The translations under genes were made by a program, and so were the position numbers. A stretch of DNA of 64,000 nucleotides. It comes from Candidatus Limnocylindrales bacterium (lineage in GTDB: Bacteria; Chloroflexota; Limnocylindria; Limnocylindrales; CSP1-4). How positions within the stretch are numbered: the first letter of the stretch is position 1; every line of letters begins with the position of its first letter. Positions 54,108 through 62,778 of this stretch are shown here, piece after piece. Under the pieces are notes generated by a model, which made no database searches, had not been told where the DNA came from, and was given only the letters and a program-made list of their open reading frames with translations. The DNA lies in NCBI GenBank assembly GCA_036558545.1, contig DATBFJ010000074.1:24735-88734 (forward strand), written 5' to 3'.

Positions 54108-57069
54108 CGAGCTGCGAATAGACCGGGCTGGTCGCCACGTTGAAGTTGGCCGTGCCCAGGTACTTGGCCGTCATGCTGAAAGTGCCCGTCTTGTACGTCC
54201 AACTGAAGGTGAACATCGCCTTCCCGCCGGAGAGGGTATGAGCGTTCTTGATGAGCTTGCCGTTCTTGAACAGCTTCACCTTGCCACCCGGCACTTTGGT
54301 CGCGGGCGAGGCTGATGCGACCGTCACGGTGAACGTAATCGAGGCTCCCTTCTTGACCGGGTTCGCGCTGCTCGTGAGCGTGACCGTCACGTTCGCCTTA
54401 TCGACGGTCTGACTGGTTGATCCCGTACTCGTGGAGAAATTCGTATCACCGCTGTACACCGCGGAGATCGTATGGCTGGCGACGGTCAGCGTTGTCGTCG
54501 CGCTTGATGTCGCCTTGCCCGTACCATCCACGGCCACCGGTGACCCGAAGTTTGTGCCACCGATTCTGAACTGGACGGTGCCGGTTGGCGTTCCGCCTGA
54601 GCTCGTGACATTGGCCGTGAAGCTGACGGGCTGAGTGAACACGGACGGGTTCGAACTACCGAGTACCGACACGGAGCTGGAGGCCTGCGAAACAGACAGC
54701 TGCGCGGAGCCTGAAGATGAAGCGAAGCTGCCATCACCGGCCCAGCTCGCCGACACGCCCGTCGGGTAATTGCCGACCGGAATACCCGCAAGACTGACAT
54801 TGTTGACGGTGGCGACGCCACTGGAATTCGTCGAGGCGCTGCCAACGGTCGTTCCACTGAGCTTGAATGACACCGACTTGCCTACGACGGCATTAGCCCC
54901 GGATTTGAGGGTCGCTGTCAACGTTGCTGTTCCGCCGTAGCTGCCGGTCGCGGGGGACACGGCGAGCGTTGTCGTCGCGGACGTGCCAGTCAGAACGAAG
55001 TTGCGGATAGCGCTACCGCCACTTGGGACGTCAATCATCGTGACGGTGAGAGGCGTAAACCCTGGCGCCGAGGCCACCTCGGATGGATACGTCCCAGCCG
55101 CAACGCTGAACGAATAAGCACCGCTGCCATTCGTCGTCGTGGACCTGCTGCCCAGGCTGACGGTCGCTCCGGCGATGGGATTCGTGCCGTCGGTCACGGT
55201 GCCCGAAAGCGTGCCGTTGCCGACTGGTGCGCAGCTCGGGAAGCTGAACGAGCCAATACGTGTCAGGAAGTTCAGCCCGTTCGTGGCGTAGTACTCGTTT
55301 GTCATCCAGAAGGCGCAGCCATTCGGGTCGAGGGCCATTCCGGTGTAGTCGCCCCAGCGCTGACACGGCGGCCCACCACAGCTGCCACTCTGCGTACCAG
55401 ACCCGTCGAACAATGTCTGCTCGGTTTGGCCAAGCGTATTCGGAGCATCGCCGGCCAGACGCCCGGCATACTTGATCTGAGGGTTCGTGGAGGCGTTCGA
55501 CTTCGAGTAGCCAATGGCCGCGTCACCAGCGCGATCAACCGCCAAACTCGGCGCGAATCGGTAATAGGTGTTGGCCCCCTCCGGGTCATAGGTCGTGCCC
55601 TGGACGACATCGCTGGCGATCGTCCCGCCGGTTACGTTCGCCTGATACCAGCGCAGTGTGGCGTTGTTGGCATTCGCATGGTTGCAACTGGCAAGGGAAA
55701 AAACGCCGCGGTTGACGGTGTGGTCGATCCACAGCGACTCCGCTCCGTCGATTGATGCGTACTGCGCCTGTGCCATGGCGCGAACGCCGAGCGTGTCGAG
55801 CGCGTTCGCAGGTGTGGCGGCGTTCGCCGGCTGCGAATCCGGCCAGCAATCGGGTGTGTCCTGGGGGAACGGCCCGGAGAACGTCGACGCGCTCGTGTTC
55901 GTCCAGTTCACCTGGAACTTGTAGATCGCGAGCGCGTTCAGATATCGCTCGGTCGAAACAAAGTATTCCGGTCGCCCGGTGGGCGGTGTGCCGGTCTGCA
56001 GGCGCGAGTTAGCCGGTAGCAGAGTGAAATCGGACGTGCCCTGGCCAAAGTCGACCACCTGGACGGTCGGTGCGTTGGCGTACATCTGCTGCTTGTTGAT
56101 GGCCCACACGTGGGTGCCGGTGAACGTAGTTCCCGCGTAGTTGAACATGTTGGCCGACATGTAGATGCCATCGGGCCAGACCCCGAACTTGGGATAGTCG
56201 CCGAGCCCACCCGGGTCGAGGATCGAGTAGAAGTTCCACCCTCCCGCTACCGGATCACCCGTCTTCGAAACGGCAAAGCACTGGTAGACGGTCTGCGGGC
56301 TGACATTGCCGTTGTTGTCCAGTTCAAAGGCAAAGTCCGTGATGAACCAGCGATCTTCATAGGTGTCATAAAGAACCACCGGATCACCGAAGTTGTCCGT
56401 GTCGCACAGGTTTCCAAAGTGGCCCTGGCTCATCAACGCATTGAACGTGAACGCGGCGACGCGGTTCCCAGACGACTTGTTGAAGATGCCGATCGCCGTA
56501 TTGATGGTCTGGATGTAGTAGGTCGGGCCGACATCCCCATTCGGGTCCGGTGGATGCCCGGCGCCCCAGTTGAAGTAGTCCAACCCGGCGAAGTTAGCGC
56601 TCGGACCCGGCGCCGCGGCTGCCTCGCTTTGATCGCCATCGACCTTGCCACCAGGCTCCGTCGGGTCGTCAACTGCATCGCTTTCGGAGTCGGAATCGGC
56701 GTCAACGTCAGAGCCAGATGGGGCATCCAGATCGACTTCTCCCGGCCCTTCGTTCTCCGATCGTTCGACCTTCTCCACGTTGCTGGTCAATGACTTGACG
56801 TCGAACACCCTGGATTCGGCCGCTTTCAGTGAGAGCTGATTCGGATGTGTCAGGACCTCTGGCCGGGGCCTGTTCTGGTCCGTCAATTCGATGGGGTGGA
56901 AAGGCGTATCACCAAGTTCCGCGCCACCTCCTTGACTGGCACGGTCGGGATCGGTGCCCGTCTGGTCGGATGCAGTTGGCCCTGGCGTATTTGCGAGCGC
57001 TGCGACGAGAAGCGCGCAGCCGGCCAGCACTGCAAGCGTTGCTATTCGCAGCGATGGACGCCGGATCAT
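54097..57069 (-). CDS. Large secreted protein (990 aa): unknown N-terminal ~600-aa domain, then a CarboxypepD_reg-like domain and several bacterial Ig-like repeats
   Basis: Signal peptide IATLAVLAGCALLVAALA and an acidic linker (DVDADSDSESD). The C-terminal half has Ser/Thr/Gly-rich repeats, each ~90 aa (TATLTATLKSGANAVVGKSVSF, TVQFRIGGTNFGSPVAVDGTGKAT, KVKLFKNGKLIKNAHTLSGGKAMF). Confidence 0.6.
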   Translation of the reverse strand: MIRRPSLRIATLAVLAGCALLVAALANTPGPTASDQTGTDPDRASQGGGAELGDTPFHPIELTDQNRPRPEVLTHPNQLSLKAAESRVFDVKSLTSNVEKVERSENEGPGEVDLDAPSGSDVDADSDSESDAVDDPTEPGGKVDGDQSEAAAAPGPSANFAGLDYFNWGAGHPPDPNGDVGPTYYIQTINTAIGIFNKSSGNRVAAFTFNALMSQGHFGNLCDTDNFGDPVVLYDTYEDRWFITDFAFELDNNGNVSPQTVYQCFAVSKTGDPVAGGWNFYSILDPGGLGDYPKFGVWPDGIYMSANMFNYAGTTFTGTHVWAINKQQMYANAPTVQVVDFGQGTSDFTLLPANSRLQTGTPPTGRPEYFVSTERYLNALAIYKFQVNWTNTSASTFSGPFPQDTPDCWPDSQPANAATPANALDTLGVRAMAQAQYASIDGAESLWIDHTVNRGVFSLASCNHANANNATLRWYQANVTGGTIASDVVQGTTYDPEGANTYYRFAPSLAVDRAGDAAIGYSKSNASTNPQIKYAGRLAGDAPNTLGQTEQTLFDGSGTQSGSCGGPPCQRWGDYTGMALDPNGCAFWMTNEYYATNGLNFLTRIGSFSFPSCAPVGNGTLSGTVTDGTNPIAGATVSLGSRSTTTNGSGAYSFSVAAGTYPSEVASAPGFTPLTVTMIDVPSGGSAIRNFVLTGTSATTTLAVSPATGSYGGTATLTATLKSGANAVVGKSVSFKLSGTTVGSASTNSSGVATVNNVSLAGIPVGNYPTGVSASWAGDGSFASSSGSAQLSVSQASSSVSVLGSSNPSVFTQPVSFTANVTSSGGTPTGTVQFRIGGTNFGSPVAVDGTGKATSSATTTLTVASHTISAVYSGDTNFSTSTGSTSQTVDKANVTVTLTSSANPVKKGASITFTVTVASASPATKVPGGKVKLFKNGKLIKNAHTLSGGKAMFTFSWTYKTGTFSMTAKYLGTANFNVATSPVYSQLVTN

Positions 57070-57424
57070 TGCTCGTGCCCTCCCCGCGTGACTCGACCGA
57101 TCATCGCACGAATGATGGGGCGCAGGACGGGCTCACACGATCCTTAGGAAGTACTGCCTCGCGCGCCGCCAGGTGGCGCAGTGGTCGTCTGCGCACAGAA
57201 CTCGCGGATCTTCCGGGCTGCATGGCCGACAACCGCGGCTGGAACAGGCGGGGTGTAGGAGCAAAGGGCCGAAATCGGTGGATTATCCAGAGATCTGCCA
57301 CGGCCACGGGGCGCGTTTCACGTACCGGACGGCGCGTGATCCGCACGTGCGGCTAAGGACCGAGTTTGTCAGGATTCGATGGGCGCCCGGCCGACCAGCA
57401 CGTCGTCGCGTACCCTTAGTTCAA

Positions 57425-57464
57425 GCGCCCGTAGCTCAGCGGATAGAGCGTCTGCCTCCGGAGC
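57425..57464 (+). pseudogene. Truncated tRNA-Arg(CCG): 5' half only (acceptor 5' strand, D-arm, anticodon loop)
   Basis: GCGCCCGTAGCTCAGCGGATAGAGCGTCTGCCTCCGGAGC is a canonical tRNA-Arg 5' half through anticodon CCG. The sequence after position ~40 (ctttcgtgcccgaacgg...) cannot form the anticodon 3' strand, T-arm or acceptor 3' strand. Confidence 0.5.
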
Positions 57465-57901
57465 CTTTCGTGCCCGAACGGTGGAGGCTGGGCACTATGG
57501 AGCGTGAATGAGGCGAGCGAAACGTCGTCGATTATTGTGCGTTTCGCGAGCGTGGTAGCGCCTCAGGATACTAATCGCGTCCCTGGCGGTTAGAGGTTTT
57601 GCAGGGCTACCCATTGCGTCCGCTTACATCCGCCGGTGCTGAATCTGAGCGTGAAATGGGTCTCTTACGCGGCTTCCAGGTCGGCTGAGTCCGCGTCTAT
57701 TGCTACCAGGATTACTACCACGACCACAACATTTCGTGCCCCAAGCGGCCGCCGCTATTAGAACGCTCGACTGAGCTGATCGACCTCATGGCTGGACGGC
57801 AAAGACCCAATCTGGTCGTCCACGTTCTGTTCGAAGGCACCGATGTCTCGGCTAAGGATCGTACTTGTGCATTCTGGCTTGGCAGGTCAACCTTGGCCGC
57901 G

Positions 57902-58336
57902 ATGCGAGCAAGCCAACGCATGGTTCGTGGCGCCGGCCTCATCCTGTTTCTAAGCCTCGGCTTGGAGGCCTGCGGCGGATCGGCGACGAGTTCGTCGGAT
58001 TTCTTCATAAGAGTCCAGAACATCGACGGGCCGCCAGTCATCGTCAGGATCAACGGACAAGATCAGTTCACGATGAATTGCCAAAACGGCAAGATCCTTC
58101 ACCCTGCGCAGAACAGCGTCCCGGATCTCCCTTGGACCGTCTCAATTGTCGCAACGGACGGAGCGGACCTGTTCACCACGACCCTGGACGGCTCACTCAG
58201 TCACGTTATTTCGATTACGCGAAATGGCGTGGTCGTGGACGGTCCGACGCCTAATCCGGGCATGGTCCCGCGATTTCCGTGCCCGAGCCCGCATTTCAAC
58301 GCGCCGAGCGGACAGGCATATCCACGGCGACTATAG
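57902..58336 (+). CDS. Lipoprotein, hypothetical
   Basis: Start at MRASQRMVRGAGLILFLSLGLEACGGS, a signal peptide plus lipobox. 144 aa. Confidence 0.45.
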   Translation: MRASQRMVRGAGLILFLSLGLEACGGSATSSSDFFIRVQNIDGPPVIVRINGQDQFTMNCQNGKILHPAQNSVPDLPWTVSIVATDGADLFTTTLDGSLSHVISITRNGVVVDGPTPNPGMVPRFPCPSPHFNAPSGQAYPRRL

Positions 58337-58568
58337 GAGCAGCGCAGCTGCCTCGAGCCGACTGGCGCGACACCACCGCGTTATTGGATCGAAGTCACTC
58401 AGAAGACCGGACTTCCAACGCTGATCGCATACGGGTGATCGTCGTCGCGGTTTGGTAGACCTTTAGAACGACTGCCTAACGAAATCCAGCGAATCGGCTG
58501 GGACGAGGCAAGCGAGTCAATCGTCGGTATCAGAAGTGCCGTTGAACGGATCGGGCAGGACATGCAGA

Positions 58569-58709
58569 ATGCCGGGCATGCCCGAATTCGTGGTCGAGCA
58601 CTTCCTCGGCCTGTGCGCATTGGGCCTCGCGGTGATTGCGTTCGTCATGATCTGCGTCGCGGCACAGCCCCCGTACGGGGGAATACTCACCACGCCTGGG
58701 TATTAGAAA
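58569..58709 (+). CDS. Possible 46-aa hydrophobic micro-protein
   Basis: MPGMPEFVVEHFLGLCALGLAVIAFVMICVAAQPPYGGILTTPGY has one TM helix. The alternative frame (track ORF 58562-58888) is Arg/Gly-rich and looks spurious. Confidence 0.2.
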
Positions 58710-59000
58710 AACCTCCGTTTGAAGGCGGGGTTCCTACTGGCCAATTAGTGGCCGGCTCATCTTCGGATCCCTGGAATCGTCGCGGTCGTTGTGGGCCAAA
58801 AGGGCAGGGCCGTCCCGCCGGCGAATTCGCGCTCAACCGAACCCCGCGAGGGCGCGGCCCGAAACGAGGTCTTAACGGCTTGCATTAATTGCTTTGGACA
58901 GCCTGCACCGAAGCGTAACCAGCTTCCGCCGACCGGTCGACAGTCCGGCGCTGCTTCCGCATCTCAGCCCGAGCCTTGGAGCGGATGAGTTTTCCACGGC

Positions 59001-59600
59001 TTACGGGTTTGGCGCGTATCCATAACTGCGCAGCCACTCAGCAGTGTCGGCGTTGATCAGGACTGTTACATAGCCGGAACGCGTCTCACAAGGCTGATTT
59101 TCATCGGGACAGATGTTGTAGACCTGAGTGAACACAATTCCCCAGACTTGACTGTCAAGATCGAGGTCGGGGTCGTCAGCCACAGTGCCCGAAGGAAGGT
59201 GCACCAAGGCGGCAGCTACGTCACGCAACGTGCCGACCATCGTGCGGGTGACGATTCCGTCGGATGCGAGGTGCGATCGAGCGACGTCAATAGCTTCCTG
59301 CTCTGAGATCTCACCGGGCCCACTTGCGGCCGGGGTGGCAGGAGCGGATTGGATTGGCGTCGCCGCCATCGAAGAGGCAGGTGTAGTCGCCTCGGGCGAC
59401 TCTGGGTTGCCACCGGACGGAACAGAGCCAGGCGAGCGCGAACATGCGGCGATGACTACAAAAGCGCAGATGGCGAGGAGAAGCGTCACGGCGTACGAGC
59501 CGCCTTGCCTGTCAGAAGGTGACGCCTTGCCCAGATGTGTCAACACGGTGTCGCTTTGTAGACGAGAAACGCCCAAGATTGATCGTAGGTGGTCTTGCAT
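59001..59600 (-). CDS. Lipoprotein, hypothetical (PepSY-like C-terminal region)
   Basis: LLLAICAFVVIAACSRS lipobox and a Pro/Ala linker. ISEQEAIDVARSHLASDG resembles a PepSY motif. The true start is probably an internal TTG/GTG, since the track ORF overlaps the upstream gene by 60 nt. Confidence 0.45.
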   Translation of the reverse strand: MQDHLRSILGVSRLQSDTVLTHLGKASPSDRQGGSYAVTLLLAICAFVVIAACSRSPGSVPSGGNPESPEATTPASSMAATPIQSAPATPAASGPGEISEQEAIDVARSHLASDGIVTRTMVGTLRDVAAALVHLPSGTVADDPDLDLDSQVWGIVFTQVYNICPDENQPCETRSGYVTVLINADTAEWLRSYGYAPNP

Positions 59601-60373
59601 TCATACGAGGTCTGATCGGAGCTCGTGCCCGCGAGCTTCCACGACCCGTTGTTGAACCACTCGATGCCGTAGTCCTCGTTACCCGAGCCGCACAGTGACC
59701 CGCCGCGTCCCTCGCATCCGAAGTAGTTGTTGGGCCACGGAGATGCGGGAGCCCCCTGTATCTCGGTCACTTCCTTTGCCGCCCCGCTCGTTGCAAACAT
59801 GATCGCGCCGTTGAATGGCGACGATGTCACCGAGTCCTTCTTTACCTGGAAGTTGTACCCCCAGATCGGTTCACCGCTTTGACAGAAATGTTCCGTGAGG
59901 CCGGCCTGGTCGTATTTCACGAGGAAAAATTCGGGATCGTACGAAGGAACTCCCAAATCGATGGGGAAGTAGTCTCCACACGCATCGAATATTTCCAAAT
60001 ACATCCTGACGGCCGAAGGCGATGATCCCCAATTCCATTGCCCTTGGTATTCGCCGATCTGTTCCTTTTCGACCGTGAACTCGCCCTTGGCATTCTCAAT
60101 GGGCTGGCATAAGGAAGCGCAAATCTGCATCCAAGCCAAGATACCGTTCGCACCTGTAATCGCCGCCGAGTGAAGTCCCTGGCTGATGTAGCCACGGACG
60201 CCCTCTTTGTTGCCAGTCGAATACCACCCAGTTGACGGATTCGCGCTCGCAACGCCTGCAAGGGTTAGAAGCGTTACGAGCGAGAGGAACGCAGCAGAGG
60301 CGAGGTTATGGCGATCGGGCCGTCGGCGAATACGGACCTTGTCCTCAGGGTGGATACCAGGCGCGTCCTCCAC
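59540..60373 (-). CDS. Secreted Cys-rich protein, hypothetical
   Basis: Signal peptide AAFLSLVTLLTLAGVASA. 10 Cys in the mature part. Trp/Gly-rich. No family recognised. Confidence 0.45.
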   Translation of the reverse strand: MEDAPGIHPEDKVRIRRRPDRHNLASAAFLSLVTLLTLAGVASANPSTGWYSTGNKEGVRGYISQGLHSAAITGANGILAWMQICASLCQPIENAKGEFTVEKEQIGEYQGQWNWGSSPSAVRMYLEIFDACGDYFPIDLGVPSYDPEFFLVKYDQAGLTEHFCQSGEPIWGYNFQVKKDSVTSSPFNGAIMFATSGAAKEVTEIQGAPASPWPNNYFGCEGRGGSLCGSGNEDYGIEWFNNGSWKLAGTSSDQTSYECKTTYDQSWAFLVYKATPC

Positions 60374-60484
60374 CGAACCCGAGCTCCTTAAGCGAGTAGT
60401 TAGGGGAATGTAGTCCCGACGTCAAGGGATGAGAGGCAAACGACGACGAACATCTGAAGTGCGAAAACCAAGAAACCGCGGCGG

Positions 60485-60504
60485 TCCGAAAAGACCTGAT
60501 TTCG
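60485..60504 (-). terminator. Terminator-like hairpin with conserved GACCTG-type loop (copy 1)
   Basis: ccgaaa-agacctga-tttcgg, located 3' of the 60571-61059 gene. The minus-strand RNA continues into TTTCTTGGTTTTCG. Confidence 0.35.
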
Positions 60505-60570
60505 GGACAGTTCGTTGTTGTCTGCGCGGAGTCCGCGCCAGCGGCGGAAACCGTCCGGCGGCCGCCAGCG

Positions 60571-61059
60571 CTATGGACCACCGTTGAGCGCGTAGTCGAC
60601 GAATGAGTCTTCCGCCACGCGCACGAAGATCACGGTGTCGCACGCAGGGCCAGCCGACGTCGTGCACGCCCCGGCCGGACAGGCCGCGAATGGCCGCGTA
60701 TCAACGACCGTCGGCGTGCCGCCGAACGTATCGGCGACTTGCACCAGCGTGTACTGGCGGCCAAGCCCGTCCTTATGCCAGCTGCGTCCGCAAACGTGGA
60801 TCGATGGAGGCAGCGAGGCGGCGTCATGGATGCCAGGATCGATCTGACCGACGACCGGGAGATAGACGAGATTGGCGAGTACAACCGTAGCGACCACCAC
60901 GCCGACCACGGCGACGACCGTACCTGCCAGCCACGCCCGCCTCGACACCGTAAGGAGATTACTCGGGGAGGAAACGTGCAAAGAGTTGTAGGCCTGCCTA
61001 AGACGGCCCTCGATCCCGGCGTCGGAAAAGAATGACGGCTGAACCAACCGCGACGACAA
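60571..61059 (-). CDS. Membrane-anchored (type II) protein with Cys-rich ectodomain, hypothetical
   Basis: TM helix AWLAGTVVAVVGVVVATVVLANLV. C-terminal CPAGACTTSAGPAC. Confidence 0.4.
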   Translation of the reverse strand: MSSRLVQPSFFSDAGIEGRLRQAYNSLHVSSPSNLLTVSRRAWLAGTVVAVVGVVVATVVLANLVYLPVVGQIDPGIHDAASLPPSIHVCGRSWHKDGLGRQYTLVQVADTFGGTPTVVDTRPFAACPAGACTTSAGPACDTVIFVRVAEDSFVDYALNGGP

Positions 61060-61261
61060 TCACTGCGACGGCGATCGCGAGGACCCCATAAGCCGAACCG
61101 ACCTCGGAATCACAAAGCGGCCGGCCAAGTCCGACGGTGCCGTAGTCGCAACCAAGAAGGATCGTGTTCAGGGCATTCGCGCCAACGACAGCGCCGACTC
61201 CGACAAGGACCAAGGCGACCCAGATCAATCGACGTGCCATGGCCGCGTCAGCGTATCCCAA
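60998..61261 (-). CDS. Small two-TM membrane protein, hypothetical
   Basis: 87 aa with two hydrophobic helices flanking GCDYGTVGLGRPLCD. Confidence 0.35.
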   Translation of the reverse strand: MGYADAAMARRLIWVALVLVGVGAVVGANALNTILLGCDYGTVGLGRPLCDSEVGSAYGVLAIAVAVIVVAVGSAVILFRRRDRGPS

Positions 61262-61301
61262 GGGGTCTACACCTCGCGCCGAGAACGCAGGACTGGCGTC
61301 C

Positions 61302-61320
61302 CCGAAAGACCTGGTTTCGG
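61302..61320 (-). terminator. Terminator-like hairpin with conserved GACCTG-type loop (copy 2)
   Basis: ccgaaa-gacctgg-tttcgg, located 3' of the HicB-like gene. The stem and most of the loop match copy 1. Confidence 0.35.
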
Positions 61321-61375
61321 AGCCGACAATCGAGCCGCCTAATCGATCAGAAGGGCATTCTTCGCAAGCCCTGCC

Positions 61376-61630
61376 CTATTCGGCCAGGTCGCCGCGATCC
61401 CTAGACGCCCGCAATAACTTGCGTGCAGCTTCCTCCGCGAGCTCCGCTCTTAGCCCCGTGAAGTCGAACGGTTGCAGTGCCTCCCACAATGCCTGAGCGG
61501 CCGTTTCGCCGAGGCCGATGAAGAATTCGTCCAGGCCTTCGCAGACAGCCAGCCAGCGACAGTTGAAGTCGCGCACGCGCAGATCGATCCAATAGTCGAG
61601 GGACGGATGAGTAACGTGAATCGTGTGCAA
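61376..61630 (-). CDS. HicB-like (UPF0150/RNase-H-fold antitoxin-like) small protein
   Basis: (L)HTIHVTHPSLDYWIDLRVRDFNCRWLAVCEGLDEFFIGLGETAAQALWEALQ follows the HicB pattern (Y.v.ie.d..g.wva..p.lpgc.s.G.T.eEAl.n..eai). TTG start chosen after the upstream gene's stop. Confidence 0.35.
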   Translation of the reverse strand: MHTIHVTHPSLDYWIDLRVRDFNCRWLAVCEGLDEFFIGLGETAAQALWEALQPFDFTGLRAELAEEAARKLLRASRDRGDLAE

Positions 61631-61694
61631 GCCTCGCTCCTTAACTCCACAGCTCGGCCGAGATGTGCCCGGCGCGCGGTCTGCCGAACACGAC

Positions 61695-61913
61695 CTACTC
61701 GTTTTCGGCCACAACTTCGGCAGCGATCTCGCGGCCGCGATTAGTCAGACGCCACCGGCCGCGCGTCGGACTCCATACGTAGTTGCCGCGTTCTAGCTTG
61801 CGCAGCCCCTTTCGACAAGTACGGTCGGGAATGTCAGTCCACTCGGCAATCTCTGACGTCGATGCCTCACCGTCGAATAGCGCCACTAAGAGCCATTCAT
61901 CGCGGGTAATCAT
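61695..61913 (-). CDS. Small winged-helix DNA-binding protein (MarR/ArsR-like; Xis/regulator-like in integrative elements)
   Basis: MITRDEWLLVALFDGEASTSEIAEWTDIPDRTCRKGLRKLERGNYV is a 72-aa wHTH. The ATG sits 5 nt after the recombinase stop. Confidence 0.5.
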   Translation of the reverse strand: MITRDEWLLVALFDGEASTSEIAEWTDIPDRTCRKGLRKLERGNYVWSPTRGRWRLTNRGREIAAEVVAENE

Positions 61914-61917
61914 CGAA

Positions 61918-62778
61918 TTAGCGCGCCCGCGCCCGTGGCGCCGTAGCAATCGCCGGCGCCGCCGGAGCCGTGTGGCCGACTTCGGACGTCTGTGGCCTCG
62001 CTCCGCTGGCATTACGACCACCATCGGGCGACACGGCAGGGCGGACAGTGGCCTTGATCGGTCCGCCTCGCTTTCTGCGCCGTCCGGTGTGAAAAGCGGT
62101 CGACTTCTGACGGCTCTGGCCTGGTGCATCGACGCCGCGGTCGCCACCGGTTTCGGATGGACCAAGCAGACGGGCCAACGTCGCGGTGCCAATACCTAAG
62201 CGGCGCGCTGCCTTACGGCGCGAAATGGTGCCGCGAACCAACTCCGACCGGACGCGTTCAAAGCGCGCATTAAAGTTCCGGCGGGATGTGACCGGCGGCC
62301 GGCCGATATGAGCCCCTTTGGCCGCGGCATGACGCATCCCCTCTCGCACGCGATCGCGGATTAGCTCGCGTTCCATCTCGCCGACTGCGGCCAGGATGGT
62401 GAACACGAGCCGGCCCGTGGCCGACGTCGTGTCTAACTCGGGCTGCGTTAGTGACGCGAAGCCGACGCGATGGTGATCTAGCTCCTGCAACGTCGACAGC
62501 GCATGGAGCGTCGACCGAAACGCGCGATCGAGTTTCCAAACCATGACGCGGTCGATGCGCCGGCGCGCAGCATCGGCCAGAAGGCGCTGCCAGTCGGTGC
62601 GGTGCTGCAGGTCACCGGCCGCGGCCTCGTCGCTGTACTCGTGCGCCTCCCAGCCATGAACAGCGACGTACTCGCGCAGCGGCACGAGCTGGAGCTCGAC
62701 ATCCTGGTCCTTGTCGCGCGTGCTAACCCGAGCGTAGATAGCCACGCGAACCGGACGCCCATTCATTGCTAGGGACAT
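61918..62778 (-). CDS. Serine recombinase (small resolvase/invertase type) with C-terminal HTH and a low-complexity tail
   Basis: VAIYARVSTRDKDQD contains the catalytic Ser. KLDRAFRS, TTSATGRLVFTILAAVGEMERELIRDR, then HTH ISRRKAARRLGIGTATLARLL. Confidence 0.8.
   Translation of the reverse strand: MSLAMNGRPVRVAIYARVSTRDKDQDVELQLVPLREYVAVHGWEAHEYSDEAAAGDLQHRTDWQRLLADAARRRIDRVMVWKLDRAFRSTLHALSTLQELDHHRVGFASLTQPELDTTSATGRLVFTILAAVGEMERELIRDRVREGMRHAAAKGAHIGRPPVTSRRNFNARFERVRSELVRGTISRRKAARRLGIGTATLARLLGPSETGGDRGVDAPGQSRQKSTAFHTGRRRKRGGPIKATVRPAVSPDGGRNASGARPQTSEVGHTAPAAPAIATAPRARAR

Noticed and set aside
57382-57400. ggattcgatgggcgcc just upstream of the tRNA-Arg half, considered as a displaced T-arm/acceptor 3' fragment
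   Set aside because: It cannot fold into a 5-7-5 T-arm. It lies 5' rather than 3' of the tRNA half. It is only partly complementary to the acceptor strand GCGCCCG, so this is probably coincidental.
58562-58988. Track ORFs 58562-58888 and 58791-58988 in the island's non-coding stretch
   Set aside because: Their translations are extremely Arg/Gly/Pro-rich with no hydrophobic core. The region is lower-GC and more likely regulatory or non-coding. Only the alternative-frame 46-aa hydrophobic peptide was kept as a low-confidence feature.
59540-59600. 60-nt overlap between the 59001-59600 and 59540-60373 ORFs as evidence of a frameshift or fusion
   Set aside because: The downstream lipoprotein has alternative TTG/GTG starts closer to its signal peptide that remove the overlap. 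There is no homology spanning the junction.
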